A stretch of DNA of 64,000 nt from a bacterium (GTDB lineage: Bacteria > Patescibacteriota > Minisyncoccia > Phycocordibacterales > JBBTRF01). Shown piece after piece: positions 10,517 to 18,869 of the stretch (its first letter is position 1; each line of letters begins with the position of its first letter). The stretch spans positions 235,086 to 299,085 of the forward strand of contig JBAXTI010000001.1 in NCBI GenBank assembly GCA_037130265.1, read 5' to 3'. Both the position numbers and the translations under genes were made by a program. The notes below the pieces were generated by a model. It was not told the origin of the DNA. It was given only the letters and a program-made list of their open reading frames with translations, and did not search any database.

Positions 10517-11811
10517 AAGGCATGAGTACATTTCAGATCGTCCTCACTGGCTTGTTTGCCGGAGCGACCCTCGTGGCGTTGGTCGTGTTTGCGACCTTCA
10601 AGGGTTCGGCGAGCAAAGATTTTCCAGCGATCGTGTTGTGGGGTACGCTGCCAGCTGCTGAGTTCTCTCAGGCAGTGTCTGCGGTGAATCAAACCTTACC
10701 GAAACGCTTGTCTGTCACCTATGTCGAGAAGAGGGAAAAGGATTTTGATCGCGACCTCACCGAAGCGCTCGCTTCTGGTGCTGGGCCTGATGCTGTTTTG
10801 TTGCCTCACACCAGTCTGTATCGCCAACAGAGTCGCATTCTGCCGATTCCGGAGGCGAGCCTGCCGCTGAGGACTTTTCGAGACACCTTCACCGACCAGG
10901 CTCGCCTCTATGAGACCGCCGGCGGCGTCTGGGCACTGCCATTTGTGAGTGATCCGCTCGTGATGTATTGGAACAAGGATATGTTCAATGCCGCTGGCCT
11001 CGCGAATCCGCCAAAATATTGGGATGAATTTCTCACCCTCGTTCCGCAGCTCACCAAAAAGGATGCGGCAGGCAATCTCACGCAAAGTGCGGTACCGTTT
11101 GGCGAAGTGGTGAATGTTGCCAATGCAAAGGATACCCTCTCGGCATTGCTCTTGCAGGCAGGAACACCGATTGTGCGAGTTGAACAGGATGGTAGAGCTT
11201 CCAGCGCTTTGTCCGATCGGGCTCAAGGTGCATCAGAAACCCCAGCGCCATCGGTGGTGGCTTTTTATACGCAATTCTCCAATCCATCGAAAACGACATT
11301 TACCTGGAATCGTGCGGTGGGCGACGCACAGAATTTCTTTTTGGCCGGCAATCTTGCAACTTATTTTGCTTTTGCAAGTGAAAATCAAGCCTTGTTGCGC
11401 AAGAATCCAAACCTCAATTTCGATATTGCCGCTCTGCCTCAGCCTCGGGATGTGAAGGTGCCGGTGGTATATGCCAAGCTGTATGGGTTTGCTTTAATGA
11501 AGGCAGGGAAGAATCCCGCTGGTACTTTTGAAACGCTCTCTGTGTTGTCGGGGAGTGCATTCGTGGATACGTTTGTGAAATTTGGCAGCGCATCGCCAGT
11601 GCGTCGCGACCTTCTTTCCATTGTGCCTACCGATCCGGCGCAGGTGGTGGCGTATCGAGCGGCGCTCGTCGCCCGCAGCTGGCTCGACCCAGAGCCTGTG
11701 GCGAGCGCCGCCATCTTCAAACGCATGATCGAAACCGTCACCTCAGGCAAGTATCGCCCAAGCGAGGCGGTGGGTGCTGCATCGCAAGAATTGCAGGCTC
11801 TGCTACAATAA
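10513..11811 (+). CDS. membrane-anchored extracellular solute-binding-protein-like protein
   Basis: An N-terminal TM anchor is followed by a periplasmic-binding-protein-like region (WALPFVSDPLVMYWNKDMFNAAGLANPPKYWDEF). The start overlaps the stop of the upstream gene by 4 nt. Confidence 0.4.
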   Translation: MKGMSTFQIVLTGLFAGATLVALVVFATFKGSASKDFPAIVLWGTLPAAEFSQAVSAVNQTLPKRLSVTYVEKREKDFDRDLTEALASGAGPDAVLLPHTSLYRQQSRILPIPEASLPLRTFRDTFTDQARLYETAGGVWALPFVSDPLVMYWNKDMFNAAGLANPPKYWDEFLTLVPQLTKKDAAGNLTQSAVPFGEVVNVANAKDTLSALLLQAGTPIVRVEQDGRASSALSDRAQGASETPAPSVVAFYTQFSNPSKTTFTWNRAVGDAQNFFLAGNLATYFAFASENQALLRKNPNLNFDIAALPQPRDVKVPVVYAKLYGFALMKAGKNPAGTFETLSVLSGSAFVDTFVKFGSASPVRRDLLSIVPTDPAQVVAYRAALVARSWLDPEPVASAAIFKRMIETVTSGKYRPSEAVGAASQELQALLQ

Positions 11812-11817
11812 AGACAC

Positions 11818-12315
11818 ATGCAAAATACCCAAACATTTTTTAGAACCAGTTTCGCCTCGCTGACCCTGTCGCTGCTCGTCACGTCCATTCTCCTGTTCGT
11901 TTTTTCCGCGGCCTTCTTACCAGTGACTGCGAACGCGGCAACCAGTGGCAGCTTCTTCGGCCTCCAGAAGCCCAACCTCATCGTCTGCGGGGATTTTGGC
12001 AATTCGGCCAACCCAACAGCCAATCATGAATGTACGTTCGCCGATGTGGTGACATTGGCGAAAAATCTCGTGAACTTTGCTTTCTATCTTTCCATTCCAG
12101 CGGTCATCCTGCTCCTCTCCTACGCTGGCTACCTCTACATGACCTCCGCAGGGGATGAGGGGAAAGTTGGGCAGGCCCACACGATCTTCACCAACGTCGC
12201 GATCGGCTTTTGTATTATTTTGGCGGCGTGGCTCATTGTGACCACTGTGTTGAAGGCCGTGTTGGATCAGACAGCCTACCCGATTTTGAATGGGGACAAG
12301 ATTGAGATAAAATAA
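11818..12315 (+). CDS. TrbC/VirB2-like (T4SS-pilin-like) small membrane protein, paralog 1 (signal peptide plus 2 TM hairpin)
   Basis: Cleavable-looking signal peptide (...PVTANA), a Cys-x15-Cys loop, then two hydrophobic helices flanking a GDEGKVGQAH loop. The YxGYLYxTSAGDExKV core is shared with the four downstream paralogs. Confidence 0.55.
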   Translation: MQNTQTFFRTSFASLTLSLLVTSILLFVFSAAFLPVTANAATSGSFFGLQKPNLIVCGDFGNSANPTANHECTFADVVTLAKNLVNFAFYLSIPAVILLLSYAGYLYMTSAGDEGKVGQAHTIFTNVAIGFCIILAAWLIVTTVLKAVLDQTAYPILNGDKIEIK

Positions 12316-12319
12316 AGAT

Positions 12320-12724
12320 ATGAAACATATTTCGCAGACAACACAACGATATCCAGCTCTAAGACGCATTGCCGCTCACTGCCTCGTCGCGATCGCGCTA
12401 TTTGCTGTGTCGGCGCCGCTGGTGCACGCACAGAGCTACAATTCACCAACGCCATTAGGCTTCTCCAACCCACTGAAAGCCACCTCGATTGAAGCTCTGC
12501 TTGCCGACATTCTCCAGCTAGTGAGCCGTCTCGGTGCAATCATTGCCGTCCTGTATTTCATCTACGGTGGCTTTCTGTATGTCACCGCACAGGGCGACGA
12601 GGACAAGGTGGGGAAGGCTCACGGCACGCTCAAATGGGCCGCGGTGGGTACAGCGGTATTGCTCAGTGCTGAGATCATCGCGCGCATCATCGAGAATACG
12701 GTGAGAAGCGTCAGTAATATATAA
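12320..12724 (+). CDS. TrbC/VirB2-like pilin-like small membrane protein, paralog 2
   Basis: Signal peptide (...PLVHAQ). The core is AIIAVLYFIYGGFLYVTAQGDEDKVGKAHGTLKWAAVGTAVLLSAEIIARII. Confidence 0.55.
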   Translation: MKHISQTTQRYPALRRIAAHCLVAIALFAVSAPLVHAQSYNSPTPLGFSNPLKATSIEALLADILQLVSRLGAIIAVLYFIYGGFLYVTAQGDEDKVGKAHGTLKWAAVGTAVLLSAEIIARIIENTVRSVSNI

Positions 12725-12729
12725 TCACC

Positions 12730-12996
12730 ATGCTCAACGGCGTCACCGATTTCAAAAGCCTCATCGATGTCTTCTATAACATCATCGGTGGAACACTAGC
12801 GCCACTTCTTTTTGCTACGGCGATCGTCGCCTTTCTCTACGGTGTACAAAAGTACATTTTGGCTGGCGCCAGCGAAGACAAGGTGAAGGAGGGGAGAGAC
12901 ATGATGATTTACGGTATCATTGGCCTAGCCGTGATGTTCTCTGTCTGGGGATTGGTGCGACTGGTGATCAGCACCTTCTTTACAGGACAGTTTTAG
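12730..12996 (+). CDS. TrbC/VirB2-like pilin-like small membrane protein, paralog 3 (no signal peptide)
   Basis: AIVAFLYGVQKYILAGASEDKVKEGRDMMIYGIIGLAVMFSVWGLVRLV has the same two-helix layout and the same G-x-x-E-D-K-V loop. Confidence 0.5.
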   Translation: MLNGVTDFKSLIDVFYNIIGGTLAPLLFATAIVAFLYGVQKYILAGASEDKVKEGRDMMIYGIIGLAVMFSVWGLVRLVISTFFTGQF

Positions 12997-13020
12997 GCGG
13001 GTTCTGTCCACAACCTCGAT

Positions 13021-13048
13021 TTGTCGCCATTTCTCAGGCTGGTATAAT
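13021..13048 (+). promoter_or_regulatory. sigma70-like promoter (TTGTCG-N16-TATAAT) inside the pilin-like array
   Basis: TTGTCG at 13021-13026, a 16-nt spacer and TATAAT at 13043-13048, which is about 60 nt upstream of the ATG at 13108. Confidence 0.45.
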
Positions 13049-13107
13049 GGAGCGAGGTAATATTTGCCTTTGTATCTATTACTTATTTATCAGGAGTTTA
13101 TTATATT

Positions 13108-13500
13108 TTGATTATGAAAACGTTTTTGCGCGGAATTTCAGCGGTTGGAGCAGCATTTTTTCCAGTGTTCGTTTTTGCTGCAGATGCAACCGCCCTCAAT
13201 TCTAATAAGGGGATTGGCGGTTTGGCTCGACTGTTCGGACAGATACTAGACTGGGCTGTTCCAACCCTCATTGCCTGTGCGGTGGTGTATTTCCTTTACG
13301 GTGTACTCCTGTATGTAATCATGGGAGATGACGAGGAGAAGAAGGAAAAAGCGAAGAGCACGATACTTTATGGCATTGTCGGCATTTTTGTCATGGTATC
13401 AGTTTTCGGCCTCGTTAAGTTGGTCCAGAACACTTTTACCGGTAGCATTGATTCGAATGCAAGCCTTACTCCTCCTAGCCTGTCTGGCCTAACTCCGTAA
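13108..13500 (+). CDS. TrbC/VirB2-like pilin-like small membrane protein, paralog 4 (signal peptide)
   Basis: Signal peptide (...FVFAADA). The core is ACAVVYFLYGVLLYVIMGDDEEKKEKAKSTILYGIVGIFVMVSVFGLVKLV. Confidence 0.55.
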   Translation: MIMKTFLRGISAVGAAFFPVFVFAADATALNSNKGIGGLARLFGQILDWAVPTLIACAVVYFLYGVLLYVIMGDDEEKKEKAKSTILYGIVGIFVMVSVFGLVKLVQNTFTGSIDSNASLTPPSLSGLTP

Positions 13501-13507
13501 AAAAGAC

Positions 13508-13774
13508 GTGGCCGCTGTCTCCAATGCTGGAAATACGTTGATCAATAAGCTTGCCGACGTCATCGTCAATCCGGTGCTCAAGCTCGCCTTCGCGATAGCC
13601 TTCCTAGCCTTCCTCTGGGGGGTCTTCCAGTATGTGAAGGGGGCGGACAATGAGGAGGCACGTGCTCTCGGGGTGAAACACATGACCTGGGGAGTGGTCG
13701 GGTTGGCGATCATGGTGACTGCTAAGGCCATTGTGAATCTCATTGGTGTGACGGTTGGGGTGTCGGTGTTCTAG
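13508..13774 (+). CDS. TrbC/VirB2-like pilin-like small membrane protein, paralog 5
   Basis: The core is AFAIAFLAFLWGVFQYVKGADNEEARALGVKHMTWGVVGLAIMVTAKAIVNLI. Confidence 0.5.
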   Translation: MAAVSNAGNTLINKLADVIVNPVLKLAFAIAFLAFLWGVFQYVKGADNEEARALGVKHMTWGVVGLAIMVTAKAIVNLIGVTVGVSVF

Positions 13775-13840
13775 TGTGATGCGCCACAAGGCGAATCTCT
13801 CGGGTCGGCAAAAATAAAGGCAAATAAAGGCAAAGAAAAA

Positions 13841-13884
13841 AGAGCGGGGACCGTGAGGTTCCCGCTCTTCGCGTTTTGTTTTTG
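13841..13884. terminator. bidirectional rho-independent terminator
   Basis: Hairpin agagcggggaccgtgaggttcccgctct followed by tcgcgttttgtttttg. It lies between the convergent pilin-like array and the 13900-14589 gene. It is preceded by the direct repeat aaataaaggcaaataaaggcaaag. Confidence 0.65.
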
Positions 13885-13899
13885 CGTTGTTACTTCTGC

Positions 13900-14589
13900 C
13901 TATCGAACGTGTTCGAGGCGGAAGGTGTAGGTCTGGCCATTCACTGCAAAGCTGCCGGTGAATAGGGTGTCGTTGATGAAGTTCCCGATGAACCTCCCTC
14001 GCATGTTTCTTTCGAGGTTCTCCACGATGCCTTCTGGCAAGCGTTGGTTCCACTCGTAGCGACTGTGCGATGTGATCCCTTCGTAGGGCGAGGGGACACT
14101 GAACATGAACCGAGGTTCCTGCCCTCTGACCCTCTCGAGGATTCTCACGTCGTCGGTCTTCCAGACCAATCTCCCAGTAGCGGCTTCCTGTTCGGAATAC
14201 CGCCAGACTTCTGGTGAGGCTGGGGACGGACTAGAGACGATGCTGGCCTGTATCAGTGTCATGCCATTCGACCACTTGTGCTTGTCGACGGCGTAGTAGA
14301 TACCGTAGAGGACACCGGCGATGAGGAGGAGCCAGGCAGCCTTCACTGCGAGCCACTTTATGGCGCGCCAGCAGGTTGCCAGGAAGCCTTTCTCTTTGTC
14401 GGCCGCTTTCTTTGCCGCGGCTTCTGCTTCAGCTTTCGCCTTGGCTTCTGCAGCGGCTTTGGCAGCCGGGTCGGTGGGGAGGGGCTCTGCCGGCTTCTCC
14501 TTCTTTTTTAGCGCCCATTGCCCGATTATTACGGCCAGCACAACCAATGCAATGGCCACGATTCCTACGATCACGATTGTTGTATCCAT
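13900..14589 (-). CDS. hypothetical membrane protein with a Lys/Ala-rich linker; possibly the partner protein of the upstream SPFH gene
   Basis: N-terminal TM segment (IVIVGIVAIALVVLAVIIG), a KPAEPLPTDPAAKAAAEAKAKAEAEAAAKKAADKEK low-complexity stretch, a second TM and a beta-rich C-terminus. It lies 12 nt downstream of the SPFH gene on the same strand. Confidence 0.4.
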   Translation of the reverse strand: MDTTIVIVGIVAIALVVLAVIIGQWALKKKEKPAEPLPTDPAAKAAAEAKAKAEAEAAAKKAADKEKGFLATCWRAIKWLAVKAAWLLLIAGVLYGIYYAVDKHKWSNGMTLIQASIVSSPSPASPEVWRYSEQEAATGRLVWKTDDVRILERVRGQEPRFMFSVPSPYEGITSHSRYEWNQRLPEGIVENLERNMRGRFIGNFINDTLFTGSFAVNGQTYTFRLEHVR

Positions 14590-14601
14590 AGGTGTTGTCT
14601 T

Positions 14602-16056
14602 TCAGGGTGTTGCTTGTGTGGTGTTTGGACTCGGTGCTGGAGGCCGTGCACTGTGAGAGGCTTGAGCGGTGAGGGTGAGACGTTTTGACGCGTCTTCTCC
14701 CAGGACCAGTGTTCCTCCCATTGTGCCGACTGATCTTGCGAACAGACCAGGAACGGCACCTGGGTTGTTGCTGTAGTGTTCAAGCTCGGCCTTAAGCCTT
14801 GCGTTGTCCGCCACGGCTTGTAATCTGGTAGCCTCAGCCTTCGCTGCTGCTTCCTTAATCACGCCTTTACCTTGAGCTTCTTTAACAGTCTCGGCCATCA
14901 TGGCGGTAGTCAGCTCCTGTCTTTGTGCCTCGAGTTTGTCATCGAGCTCAACGCTGAGGAATCGAATCTCGATCACCTTCACTCCGAGGATTTCGGTGAT
15001 GGACGGGTTACAGCCATCGCGCTCGTTGATGACGTTCATCACGCCTTCGACAATTTCCTGTCGCGCCTTCTTACAGGTTGCAACAGTTAGTTCCGTCGGT
15101 GCTGCTGATGTTTCGGGTGTGGTTACAACTCCGTCCTTCAGCAGATCGAAGTATCTGTGCTGAGCTACTCTCTCGCGAAGCTTGTCTTCGATTGCGCCAG
15201 TCGCTCGCTCCAGCCAGCTATTGCTGCCGGTCCGAAACTGCATGAGATAGATGTTGGTCGCCTCAAAGGTTACCAGTAGCTCTATCTTCACCGGGATGAC
15301 CTGGTTCTCCTTGCCAGCTGTTTCGAGTTCTTTAAACATCATGCCGACCGTGCTCTTATAGAAGATTGACCGAGCCTCGTCGCTTTTTGGGGTAAGGTGG
15401 TAGTCAATGCTTCCGGCCTTGCTGTCCGAGTTCTTCACAAACTTGTTGTAGGCTAATGGCCATGTCCTCAGCTGGAAGAACGGATAGATCCCGATCCATT
15501 GCATGTTGAACAGTGACATAAGGACCATGTCTCGCCAGTGGAGTAGTGACCACAGGCTTCTCTTCGAAGTCTCGTAGTCTTTCTCGTCTTCTTTTCGAAG
15601 AGCAACTTGCTCTGCAGTTGCTGTGGCGGGTAAGGGGTCAATTGGAATTTTCCGAACCTCCCCGATGCGATGACCTTCTTGCACGACATACATGTCTCTC
15701 ACGCCGGATATAAACCGATGAGGAAGATCACCCTTCATGATCGTGAAGAAGCCGTTCTCCTCTGCGAACATGAAGAATCGGTCACGTTTCGCTGCACCGT
15801 AGATGGCGAAGACGATCGTGGTAAGGCAAGCGATACATGCAATCACGACGAGTGTCCACACGACCGGATTCCAGTCGGGGAGCGTCCAATGAGGCAGCCA
15901 AGACATCAGATCGATGTCCTGCATACGGAATGATGTGGTGTTGGTCACGCTTGGCTTGGGTGCCTCTTTCGAGCCGCCGAAGCTTCGTATGACCACGATG
16001 ATGGCGAAGCTCAGCCCTGATAGGAGGGTGAGTGCGCCGATGATTTGGTGTTTCAT
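14602..16056 (-). CDS. SPFH/band-7 (stomatin/flotillin/HflC-like) membrane protein
   Basis: Two N-terminal TM segments, a core resembling an SPFH domain (QVIPVKIELLVTFEATNIYLMQF...) and a C-terminal Ala/Glu-rich coiled-coil (EAQRQELTTAMMAETVKEAQGKGVIKEAAAKAEATRLQAVADNARLKAE) typical of band-7 proteins. Confidence 0.5.
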   Translation of the reverse strand: MKHQIIGALTLLSGLSFAIIVVIRSFGGSKEAPKPSVTNTTSFRMQDIDLMSWLPHWTLPDWNPVVWTLVVIACIACLTTIVFAIYGAAKRDRFFMFAEENGFFTIMKGDLPHRFISGVRDMYVVQEGHRIGEVRKIPIDPLPATATAEQVALRKEDEKDYETSKRSLWSLLHWRDMVLMSLFNMQWIGIYPFFQLRTWPLAYNKFVKNSDSKAGSIDYHLTPKSDEARSIFYKSTVGMMFKELETAGKENQVIPVKIELLVTFEATNIYLMQFRTGSNSWLERATGAIEDKLRERVAQHRYFDLLKDGVVTTPETSAAPTELTVATCKKARQEIVEGVMNVINERDGCNPSITEILGVKVIEIRFLSVELDDKLEAQRQELTTAMMAETVKEAQGKGVIKEAAAKAEATRLQAVADNARLKAELEHYSNNPGAVPGLFARSVGTMGGTLVLGEDASKRLTLTAQASHSARPPAPSPNTTQATP

Positions 16057-16309
16057 AATACTTATTTGGTTGTCAGGGAAGCGGTTTGGCCGCTTCGGGC
16101 TATGGTTGAGGCGCTTGTTTTTGGTTGTTCAGCGCCGGTGGTACTGGTGTGAATGATAGCATAGAAAGATGTAAAAGTCAAGGGGTGGGAGCGGGGTGGC
16201 TGTTGTGTCGGAAATGGCCTATTGAAGGCACGGTTTTGGCGTGATGGAGGCAAAAGAAAACGCCCTCGGGTGGAGGGCGTTTGGGTATGGCCGATGCGGC
16301 TCGACGTGG

Positions 16310-16693
16310 CTAGCCTTTGATTGCCTCCACCAAGTGGGCTGTAGCGAAGGGTTTTTGGAGGAAGATGAGCTTCCTGGGGGACACCTTGGTCTGGGTGTCT
16401 TGAACCCTTTTCGGGTCTGCTCCGCCGCTCATCAAAATGAGCCTTGCGTCGGGGAACAGTTGTGCCGCCAACTGGAGGACGAAATCCCCGGTCCCGTTGA
16501 CGAGGTGGTAGTCGCTGATCACGACGTCCGGCCAGGTGCTTTTGTCGCCGCCTGCGATCGCCTGCATGGTGGTAGCGATTTCGAGTGCATCGGAGATCAC
16601 TACCACTTTTGCGTCAGAGATGAATCGGGGTAGTATCGACAACAACATTCGCCCGACTTCCGCGTTGTCTTCCGCAATTAGGATGAACATGGT
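16310..16693 (-). CDS. single-domain response regulator (CheY-like receiver, no output domain)
   Basis: MFILIAEDNAEVGRML...DVVISDYHLVNGTGDFVLQLAAQLFPDARLILMSGG shows the acidic pocket (ED), a phospho-acceptor Asp in VVISDYHL and the conserved MSG. The likely start is the internal Met at 16693; the longer ORF extension is probably not coding. Confidence 0.65.
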   Translation of the reverse strand, partial: TMFILIAEDNAEVGRMLLSILPRFISDAKVVVISDALEIATTMQAIAGGDKSTWPDVVISDYHLVNGTGDFVLQLAAQLFPDARLILMSGGADPKRVQDTQTKVSPRKLIFLQKPFATAHLVEAIKG

Positions 16694-16925
16694 TTTAAAG
16701 ACCGAATACCGAGTTGTGGTTGAGAACAGACCATACCATAGCACCAATTACACTCTTCGTCAAGTAGTGCGCGGGAGAGGCTTGGTCACGAGTTCTTCTC
16801 GCTCTGCTCGAAGCCTCTCGACCCCGCCTCAGAAAAGCTTCCCCGAAGCTTTTCTTCCGGCTTTCAAGTCCTCTCCGCTTGGGTATGAAAAACAGCCGAC
16901 AGGGAGTCGGCCATTTTTCATACGG

Positions 16926-17006
16926 TGCGCGGGAGAGGACTTGAACCTCCATGCCTTGCGGCACTTGCTCCTAAGGCAAGCGTGTCTGCCATTTCACCAC
17001 CCGCGC
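16926..17006 (-). tRNA. tRNA-Leu (anticodon TAG), type II with long variable arm
   Basis: Reverse complement GCGCGGGTGGTGAAATGGCAGACACGCTTGCCTTAGGAGCAAGTGCCGCAAGGCATGGAGGTTCAAGTCCTCTCCCGCGCA. Acceptor GCGCGGG/CCCGCGC, anticodon loop CTTAGGA, T-loop TTCAAGT. No encoded CCA. Confidence 0.85.
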
Positions 17007-17340
17007 ATAGGGGTATCGTAACATATTCGAGGAACATCGGCTTCGCCGATTGTGCAATGCTTGTGCACCCAGTAAGGCGGGTTGCGAAACGCAACACCGG
17101 GCCGCCTTGTCTGGTAAGGTGCGGCCCACCGGCCGCTCTATTTCTGTGCACCAATCTCCTCACTTTGCTTCGCTGCGTTCGTCGCTTGGTGCACCCAGTA
17201 GGATTCTCGGCTACCGCCGCGGGTGCTTTTCCATCTCATTTCGCTCCGCTCATTCGATAAGGAAAAGCCTTTCGAATCCTACCCGCAGGCACGCAGGTGC
17301 CTGCTTGGGTGCACTATTCGCTTCACTCCGTTTCGCTCTG

Positions 17341-17413
17341 TGCACCCAGTAGGATTCGAACCTACGACCTACCGCTTAAGAGGCGGATGCTCTACCAACT
17401 GAGCTATAGGTGC
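17341..17413 (-). tRNA. tRNA-Lys (anticodon CTT)
   Basis: Reverse complement GCACCTATAGCTCAGTTGGTAGAGCATCCGCCTCTTAAGCGGTAGGTCGTAGGTTCGAATCCTACTGGGTGCA. Acceptor GCACCTA/TGGGTGC, anticodon loop CTCTTAA, T-arm GTAGG-TTCGAAT-CCTAC. Confidence 0.85.
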
Positions 17414-17518
17414 ATGTCGGGAAAATATAACAGATTTCTGGCTTATTCGCAAGAAAAAAGAACCACCGTCGCTGTGAGCGCCGGTGGTGGTGGGGATACT
17501 CGCTATCGACGTGACGTT

Positions 17519-18145
17519 CTACATAGAGCACCTGTTTATTTCCTGGAAGTGAACGAGGCACTTAAAGGCGTCCCTTGAGAATGCGCATATGGATAGTCGA
17601 AAATCAATCGTGCCATCCGGATTGGTGGTTTGATGGCACGTGTAGGAGAGGTGCCGTGCGTTCACTCCCAACACGAAACAGTGCTGGCTCAGTCCGTCGA
17701 TAATCGTATTCATTTGTGATCGGACTTGCTTGGGAACCGATTCAAACGCGATGTGGTCCGAGCTGATACGGGACTTTTTTGGAGCGACGAAGTATTCGAG
17801 CGCGTCCACAACTCTGTCTGAAAGGAACAGCCGATATCCTTCCGTCCAATTGTCGCTAAACGTTTTTGCGACATTGCGTGCGAGACAGAGGGCGGCGTAA
17901 AACTCTGGACAGAGAAGTGGCGTCCAGGGATTCAGCCGCAATGAAGCGTAGGTGGCGGCGATATCCGTCTGCAGCAACAGGCAAGCAGAGAGTAGCGATG
18001 TAGAGAAGGCGAGGAAGTGCGGTCGGACCACTTTCCATTCCTTTTTCCAACCCTCCATTTCTGCAAGGAAGCTGTCGTGAGTGCGTTGTTCGAGCAATGA
18101 AACAAACAGGCTGAGTAATGTTGGGTGCATGGTGTGTGGCAACAA
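17519..18145 (-). CDS. hypothetical protein between tRNA-Lys and tRNA-Leu(TAA)
   Basis: ORF of 208 aa with no recognisable motifs, flanked by tRNAs on the same strand. Confidence 0.3.
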   Translation of the reverse strand: MLPHTMHPTLLSLFVSLLEQRTHDSFLAEMEGWKKEWKVVRPHFLAFSTSLLSACLLLQTDIAATYASLRLNPWTPLLCPEFYAALCLARNVAKTFSDNWTEGYRLFLSDRVVDALEYFVAPKKSRISSDHIAFESVPKQVRSQMNTIIDGLSQHCFVLGVNARHLSYTCHQTTNPDGTIDFRLSICAFSRDAFKCLVHFQEINRCSM

Positions 18146-18247
18146 TGAGCCGTGTCCCCTGTGCCCTCCGAAGGATAGCGAAAATCAGGGTCTGAGCGCA
18201 TTGTATCCTCAGAGTCAGGGGTGGTCAAAGGAAAACTGTATTTTTTG

Positions 18248-18330
18248 TGCCCGGGGTGGGAATCGAACCCACATTCCTTTTGAGAACACCATTTTAAGTG
18301 GTGCGCGGCTACCAATTACGCCACCCGGGC
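18248..18330 (-). tRNA. tRNA-Leu (anticodon TAA), type II
   Basis: Reverse complement GCCCGGGTGGCGTAATTGGTAGCCGCGCACCACTTAAAATGGTGTTCTCAAAAGGAATGTGGGTTCGATTCCCACCCCGGGCA. Anticodon stem CACCA/TGGTG, loop CTTAAAA, long variable arm. Confidence 0.85.
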
Positions 18331-18370
18331 AGGTATTATTTCACTTACTTAATTCTAACAGAGAAATTTG

Positions 18371-18447
18371 TGGAGGCGTAGGCCGGGATCGAACCGGCGC
18401 ATAGCAGTTTTGCAGACTGCCGCGTTGACCAACTTCGCCACTACGCC
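18371..18447 (-). tRNA. tRNA-Cys (anticodon GCA), CCA encoded
   Basis: Reverse complement GGCGTAGTGGCGAAGTTGGTCAACGCGGCAGTCTGCAAAACTGCTATGCGCCGGTTCGATCCCGGCCTACGCCTCCA. Anticodon loop CTGCAAA, T-arm GCCGG-TTCGATC-CCGGC. Confidence 0.85.
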
Positions 18448-18514
18448 ATTGTGCCGCGGGACGCTGCGCCATGTAGGACGGCCGTTCCAGTCTAGCACGA
18501 CGGCTTTTGACGCG

Positions 18515-18832
18515 CTACCGCATCAACTCATCAATGCGCTGTCGGTGCTTCTCGCCTTTATCCACAGCGAAGTCGAAGAGGGGAACGCGGCCGATGCGGG
18601 ACTTTTCGCGGACGTACGACTGGAAGTCGCCACGCTTGCGGACGAGGAATTCTACGACAGCATGCTCCTTGTCGACAGGTAATACAGTGAAATACACGGT
18701 GGCACGACGGCCCTGATCGCCCATCTCCACGTCGGTGACGGTGACCATCGAAGAACCGTTTGATTCGCGCTGCAAAAAGTCGCCTGCTAAGGCTTTCACA
18801 ATCTCGCGTGCTTTTTCGTCTTTTCGGTGCAT
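18515..18832 (-). CDS. rbfA: ribosome-binding factor A
   Basis: MVTVTDVEMGDQGRRATVYFTVL is a RbfA-like core. The gene is immediately downstream of infB, which is the conserved infB-rbfA order. Confidence 0.7.
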   Translation of the reverse strand: MHRKDEKAREIVKALAGDFLQRESNGSSMVTVTDVEMGDQGRRATVYFTVLPVDKEHAVVEFLVRKRGDFQSYVREKSRIGRVPLFDFAVDKGEKHRQRIDELMR

Positions 18833-18869
18833 GGGGTGGGGAGCGGCCGCTGAAAGACGGCCGCGGGAA

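Noticed and set aside
17193-17320. Possible additional tRNA between tRNA-Leu(TAG) and tRNA-Lys
   Set aside because: It contains tRNA-Lys-like 3' and T-loop fragments (tgcacccagtaggattc, ttcgaatcctac), but no complete cloverleaf can be drawn on either strand. It is treated as a repeat or att-scar instead.
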